From Eledone cirrhosa (taxonomy: Eukaryota), in the NCBI GenBank assembly GCA_964016885.1, contig OZ024749.1, positions 26,784,001 through 26,848,000 of the forward strand: a DNA stretch of 64,000 nt, written 5' to 3'. A program made the position numbers and the translations under genes. Positions 57,057 to 64,000 of this stretch are shown piece after piece. Within the stretch, counting starts at the first letter, position 1, and every line of letters starts with the position of its first letter. The notes below the pieces were generated by a model, which was not told the DNA's origin, ran no database searches, and worked only from the letters and a program-made list of their open reading frames with translations.

Positions 57057-58442
57057 TGCAGGAATTGCCGTGGGGTTAAAGAATAGACTTCGCAACCACG
57101 TGGTTCTGTGTTTAGTCCGCGTCTGTATGGAACCTAGGACGTGTCTTCTGCTACAGCCCCGGTCAAACCAATGCCTTGTGAATGGAATTTGGTCCACGGA
57201 AACTGTGTGACAGCACGTCGTATATATGTCTGAGTTAATGTCCCGTAAACTAGCGATTCGGTTAAAAGAGATCGATAAACTAAGCGTCACACTTGAAAAA
57301 TTCAAGTACAGGGGGGTTGGTATGATTGACTAAATCCTTTCAAGGCAGTGACCCAGTCTGGCCGTAGTCAGATCACTGAAGGAATACATTTTAGCGGTGT
57401 AAAATCTTAAGAGTTACATTTTATTTTTGTTCCACTATGTTGTCTAAGACAGAAGCCTTCTATCATAATTTTATGTAAGAAGCTTTAAGTAATATTCCAG
57501 ATATCAGTTTAATAATGTTTTCTGATTTAGGCACAAGGCCAACAATTTTGGAGAGGAGAAAGTCGATAAAATCGACCCCAGTGGTCAGCTTAATTGTTTC
57601 TACTTTTGGCACAAGGCCAGCAATTATCCCAGTGTATTACTGGTAATTTATTTTATTGACCCCGTAAGGATGAAAGGCAAAGTTAACCTCGGTGGGATTT
57701 GAACTCAGATCATAAAAGGCCGTAACTCTTTGCTGCAAATCATGGTGTCTGACCCTCTACCGATACTGCCAATCCACAAAAGAGTTACTTTACATCGGTT
57801 CTTCCAAACCTTTTTATTACGTTCAAAATGAATTGAAACAGTGTATTTTTTTTTAAATATGGTCACGAAGGGTTAATAGACATCTTTTGAGCATCTTGCT
57901 TTCTGAGTTTAAATTCCGGCGATTTAAGGAGTTTTGTTTTGTTCGTTTGTATGAAGGGGGAGGGGGGGTATTTTGTAAGTTTGTTCCAAGTATAAAGGTA
58001 CTTGTTGACACGCAATGATACCAGTTTTATGAAGTGTTAAGTGACTGACGGTATGAAACAGCCCCACTACCACCAAATGTTAACAATGTGTCCACTAGTA
58101 AAGATGCTATAAACATTTGAATTAACAAACCTATTTTTAGATATTTACTGTTACTAGGATTTTTTCTCAACACACTGACGCGTATGTGTACGTGTGTGTA
58201 TGTGCATATGCATACATTTATATGTATGAGTATATAAATATAAACACGCAAACAACAGACACACTTACAAAAATACACATACACATAATACACAAACACA
58301 CATACACACAGTGTAGTAGATGGAACACCAGCTGCTGTTTTGCTATAGTTTTTTCACCATCCCCTTCCTTTTACACATACATACATTCACACAAACACAT
58401 TGTGTAACGGATGGACGGAAATCACTCAAATTTATATGTATA

Positions 58443-58475
58443 CTAGCATTAAAGCCCGGCGTTGCTCGGGGTCAT
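58443..58475 (-). mobile_element. Helitron-like 3' terminus
   Basis: The minus strand reads cccgagcaacgccgggc tttaatg CTAG|T, the same motif type as 14333-14360. Confidence 0.6.
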
Positions 58476-58727
58476 TAAGTTACCAAAGTTAGGTTGCACC
58501 ACCCATTTTATGGCAGCACTTTTTTGTCTGCCAGGCACTGGGTGAATGAACTGCAGACCTGGAAGCATGAGCTGCGCCAGCAGTGACAATTGTAGTTTCG
58601 CCTATGGATATTATCTCTGTGCAAAAAAGTGTTGAAATTTATTGTTTCACAGTACTTGCGCAACACGCGCGTAGACGATGCCAGCCGAACAACAGAGCTG
58701 CGATGGAGTTGTTCTGCTTGGTTGTTT

Positions 58728-59187
58728 GTGTTTTCTAAATTTAAGACAGTAGGGAGGGTTGTGATATGAGGGAGAGTTAGCTGTTGTTTCTAGCAGGTTT
58801 AGTGACCTCATAGAGGATACGTGTTTTCTAAATTTAAGACAGTAGGGAGTGGTATGATATGGGGGAGAGTTAGCTGCTGTTTCTAGCAGGTTTAGTGACC
58901 TCATAGAAGATATGTTTTCTAAATTTAAGACAGTAGGGAGGGGTGTGGTGTGGGGGAGAGTTAGCTGTTGTTTCTAGCAGGTTTAGTGACCTCATAGAGG
59001 ATACGTGTTTTCTAAATTTAAGACAGTAGGGAGTGGTGTGATATGGGGGAGAGTTAGCTGCTGTTTCTAGCAGGTTTAGTGACCTCATAGAAGATATGTT
59101 TTCTAAATTTAAGACAGTGGGGAGGGGTGTGGTATGGGGGAGAGTTAACTGCTGTTTCTAGCAGGTTTAGTGACCTCATAGAGGATA
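58728..59187. repeat. Five-unit tandem repeat with alternating 93/91-bp spacing
   Basis: ttttctaaat starts at 58731, 58824, 58915, 59008 and 59099. Confidence 0.92.
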
Positions 59188-62100
59188 TTATTGTTTATCA
59201 TTATCTATAAAAGACAGATTGTTGTTGTTGTTGAAGTGAGTGTGTGTTTGTATGCGTTTGGAAAAGAGGTTTTAAAAAAGATGTATCGCTTGTTGTTGAA
59301 TAAATGTATGTTGCTTTTGAATAATTGTCGTTTCGTATGAAATGTAATAATTGTTTCTACTTTTTTGGCACAAGGCCAGCAATAACCCAGTACATTACTG
59401 GTACTTTATGTAATAATAAACGTTCTCTATCTATCTCCCTCTCTCTCTCTTCTCTCTCTCTCTTCGGCAATCACGCACGTTGTCAGATGATATGATAGAG
59501 TAAAACGGACAGTATCACCATCAAGCTTGGAAAGAGAAAGTAGCAGAAAGTATGAAGTTGTATAGATTTTGAATGGTAGTGGAAAGAGTTTAGCAGTTTA
59601 AATGACAGAGGAAAATCGTAAAATATTGAGTTTTATCTATTTTTTGCGTAATTGTGGGTGAAATTGAAAAAATTAGATGTGCCAAGACGCAATATTTCGA
59701 ATACTGAATTGTAAATTTCCATTGAAGAAATTCTATATCGTAGATTTCTATAAGAAAGGAGCATGACCACACACTGAGCTTTATAGATTATGATATCATT
59801 GTAGGCATTGACAGATTCATTAGCAGCAGTGGATAGAATGCCTAGCGATAGTTGTTCTAGTTCTCTGTGTTCTGAGTTTAAATTTCACCAAGGTCCACTT
59901 CACTTTTCTTCTGTCTTGGGGGTCAATAAAACAACAAGCCAGTACTGGAATCGCTTCTCTTTCTCTGGAAGGAATTGGCGAAAATCAACAAAATATTGAC
60001 CTCGATTATAAATGGATCCCCCCCCCCCCCCAATTTTACCTTCTGTTCTTTTGTTATTTATTTCTTGGCTTATATACAAGTATACACGGTAAGTGTTAAC
60101 TGGTTATCAAATATCACCACAACCTAACACACACATCTCTCTTCTTCTTGTCACCCATGTTGCATTCTCTCCAACATCATAGGAATACACCCAAAGCCAC
60201 TATGCCTAATCCTTTCTCCACAGACCCTCTATCCACTGTAACTTCCACCTAGCCATATCTGGAGTGGTTGAATATCAACACACACCACTAGCAGTATACC
60301 TACATTCATACAACTGGTATACAAATGATATACATACAGTGAATATGATGCTGTATGTTGTTTCAATATATATTTACATACATATATATAATTTCGTGTA
60401 CATATATTATGTATAAATAAATGTGTTTAAAATTGCATACTACTGTATATGTGTGACATATACATCTTGAAAGACTTTTTTTTTAAATTTTATTTTATTT
60501 TTTTTTTACTGGTTTCAGGCATTAGTTTGTGGCTTTGCTGGAGCAATACCCTAAACAATATAACGACACTTAGATACCGGTAATTCTATATATTTTGGAT
60601 AAAATATCCCCTTTTCAAAAAGTCTTAAGAGAAAATGAGAGATATAATTACTGTAACATGTTTGTAATTCTATTTCAAAAGTTCATTAGTTGTTATCCTA
60701 TCAATGGCATTCTTAAGTCACACTTAGCTCTCAATAGTTAAGTCTACCTGGCTGTAGATAGATACAACAAGCTAGGTACAGCTTGGTTACTAAAAGGCCA
60801 ATGCAACAGTAAGCTTGGGAAATTGAGTTATTGGTGCTTAGCTTAAAACAGACCAGTAATCAAGAGGTGTTTCAGCCATGACCATCCAGAATTTCTGTAT
60901 ACACAATACTAGATTGTTACTAGGGTGTGTGATCTCAGGGAGATTTCGCAACAATGTCTAGCAGGTCTAGCCCAAATTGGGCCACCTGTTGTTTAGCCCC
61001 AGACCAAGCTGCACTGATAAGGCCTGTTTAAAGACATTCCAGCTTTGACCACCCCAGCTTTGGGGACATCTAAGACTACAATCAATTGTAGCTGTTATCT
61101 GAAGAAGACTTGACTACTATGTCTAGCAGGTCTAGAGACTAAGTAGAAGCTCCTGCACTATGACTGTTTCACCAGTTGCAACTGCCCAATACTAAACTGT
61201 CTTCACAACTTTATACCAATAATGGAAAAGTGGGTAAGAGAGGTCAAATGCTGTGGCATATGGTTATGTCCCTTTATGTTCCAAGTTCAAATCCTGCCGA
61301 GGTTAGTTTTGCCTTTCATCCCTACAGGGTCGATTAAATACCAGTAATGCACTGAGGATGATTTAATCGACTTTTCCCTTCCTTTCAAATTGCTTGCCTC
61401 ATGCCAAATGTAGAATCAATTATTGGGGGAGGGGTTGGTAGGATTGTTATAAAGTCAGATAAAATACTTTGTAGTGTTTATCTTGGCTTTATACATTCTG
61501 AGTTCACGTGTGGCCCAGAGTAGATAAAACAAGATACCAGTCAAATACTGGGGTCGATTTCATTGACAGCTCTGTGTCTAAAATTTAAACATTTAATATT
61601 ACATACCAAACCGCCTGAAACCACACTTGGTTCTACAATACAAAACTGTTTATTATATATATTTATATCTAAAAACATTTCCATCACAATTTTATGTAAA
61701 AGAACCTTTGTTAAGTTATGTTCCAAACGCCACCCACCAACTTAATAATGAGAAAGTTAGTTACATTATTAAATTCTTCCAAATTTCTTGATTATTTTCA
61801 AAAATAATTTGAAAACTATAGGCAGTGTCTTTCCTGAGAAATATGGTAAAATGAGGGAAGGGGTTAAAATTCTGATCATAAAGACATTGCAGATGAGAGA
61901 GGGAAGGGGAGGGGTCAACAGTCTCAACTGAAACACACCCCCACACCCTCGTCCACCCAGAACATCATTCAATTTCTATTTACAAAGGAAAAAAATATAT
62001 TTACCAAAAAAAAAAAAAATAATAATAATAATAATAAAAAGCCCCGAAGATTTTAGAAAGCAATATAAATTAATTGAAACATTATAATTATAATACTAAA

Positions 62101-62694
62101 TTTTGATTTTCTCGTTTTCCATTTTAAATAAATAGATTTTTGTTTTGTTTTGTTTTATTTTGTTTGTTTTTTATTTTGTTTGTTATTTATTTGTTATTTT
62201 TTGTCAAAATTTTATTAGTTTTATTTTGATTTTTTTTTCTTCTCTTTTGTGAATTGAGTTTCATTATGGATTAAAAATAAACAGATTAACGCCACAACAT
62301 CACATATGGTTAGGTTAATAGGTCAAGCAACACAACACATGAATGGACATCACAACAGACATGAGGAACATCACATCATGAGACTGATAGAAAGAGACAA
62401 GATAACAGATATGAATGAACTTCACAACACCACTATCAGATATCGATAGAAAGAGAAAATACAACATAGATGATGAATGAACATCATATCACCATTACAT
62501 ATTGATAGAAACAACATCATGGATGAGCCTCACAACATCACCATTAGATATTGATAGAGACACACATCACAACAGACATGATGAACATCACAACATCACC
62601 ATCAGCTGTGGATGTTCTAAATGTAGGTAATATTATAGCAGTAATAATTGTTTCTACTTTTGGCACAAGGCCAGCAATTATTATCCCAGTACAT

Positions 62695-63250
62695 AGGGAC
62701 CGCATTAGGCGATTTAGCGATCTCTCTCTATAATTCTTGGTCTTTCTCTTTTTAGATAGATACGTAGTGTTATGCACATAAAAAAATTCAACTTTTTGAT
62801 CCCCTCGGCCCGCATTAGGTGAAAAACTGCGTTTTTTCAGGTTTTTATGGGTTTTTTGAGGCGTTACGTCAGACTGATTTCCTTGAAATTGTAACTATGT
62901 ATTAGCCAGTCTCTTCTGCATACCGTGAGCAAAGAAAATCCAACTTTTTTACGGCCTAGGGCCGCATTAGGTGAACAAATTTTTTTTTTCAGGTTTTTAG
63001 GGCTTTTTTGAGGCGTTACGTCTAGCCGATTTTATCACATTAAAAAAATTCATTTTCTTGATCCACTAGGGCCCGCATTAGGTGAAAACCTGCATTTTTC
63101 CTGCTTCATCGAGGAAAATCTTAAATAAAATCCAGCCATCAGAGTATTCTTTACATTTTGTCCAGGCATGCAGTTTTTCCACGATTAGGTCTGTTGGCGG
63201 CCCACATTCCAAAATACCTTATCCCGTGCAACGCCGGGTACCACTGAGGT
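62695..63250 (+). mobile_element. Helitron-like remnant with internal ccgcattagg repeats
   Basis: Four ccgcattagg-anchored units, and cccgtgcaacgccgggt near 63223 resembling the other Helitron 3' hairpins. No intact CTAG. Confidence 0.45.
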
Positions 63251-63511
63251 ATATTATATATATATAATATACATATATATTGTATTATTTTGGTGAAGAG
63301 TCAAATATATATATATAAGAAATGGGGACTCTTTTTATAGTGAAGAATTCTCCTGGGGAGGGGTTGTATACACACACACACACATATATATATATATATG
63401 TATATATATATGTATATATATATACATATATATGTGTGTGTGTGTATGTATATATATATATTTATATATGTATATATACATATATGCATATATTTGATGA
63501 TGATGATGATG

Positions 63512-63600
<89 letters not shown>

Positions 63601-63612
63601 GTATATATATAC

Positions 63613-63652
<40 letters not shown>

Positions 63653-64000
63653 TTACATATATGTATCATCATCATCATCATCATCATCACCGTTTTACGT
63701 CCGTTCTTCCACGCTAGCATGGGTTAGACGGGTTGTCCTGTTGTGGGCAGTGTCTGGTCGGCTGACCATGCCTTGCTCATACAGGAACTGATCTGGCTTG
63801 ATTTCTACAGCTGGATGCCCTTCCTAACACCAACCTCATTTACAGTGAGTGCTGGGTGCTTTTTTGCCGTGGCACCTCCACGACCACCTTGCGGTGGGGG
63901 GGGGGGGGCATATTGTTTATATGCTTCAGCATGTACCCATGGGAGGTCGGGTACCCTGTATTACTGCGTGACGCCAGAAGTCACGGTCGTGTGTCATTGA

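Noticed and set aside
58728-59187. CRISPR-like regular repeats
   Set aside because: The whole unit repeats with no unique spacers, there are no cas genes, and the context is eukaryotic.

Overview
AT-rich animal genomic DNA, dense in microsatellites and transposons. The SINE families and composition suggest an octopus or other coleoid cephalopod (inference). One complete host gene is present: holocytochrome c synthase (HCCS) on the minus strand, five coding exons across 28068-45055, 343 aa, all joins GT-AG and in phase. The rest is mobile DNA: a near full-length Tx1/L1-clade LINE sitting in (GATA)n, an RTE LINE with an uninterrupted 1006-aa EN+RT ORF inside an HCCS intron, a complete Hsmar2-like mariner, four Penelope-like (GIY-YIG) retroelement fragments (three Naiad-type), Helitron, Merlin, CR1, MITE and many SINE pieces. 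The most unusual signal is about a dozen hammerhead-ribozyme-like motifs from several unrelated sequence families. Many are mirror pairs in short fold-back elements beside (TA)n tracts, and some carry non-canonical catalytic cores.
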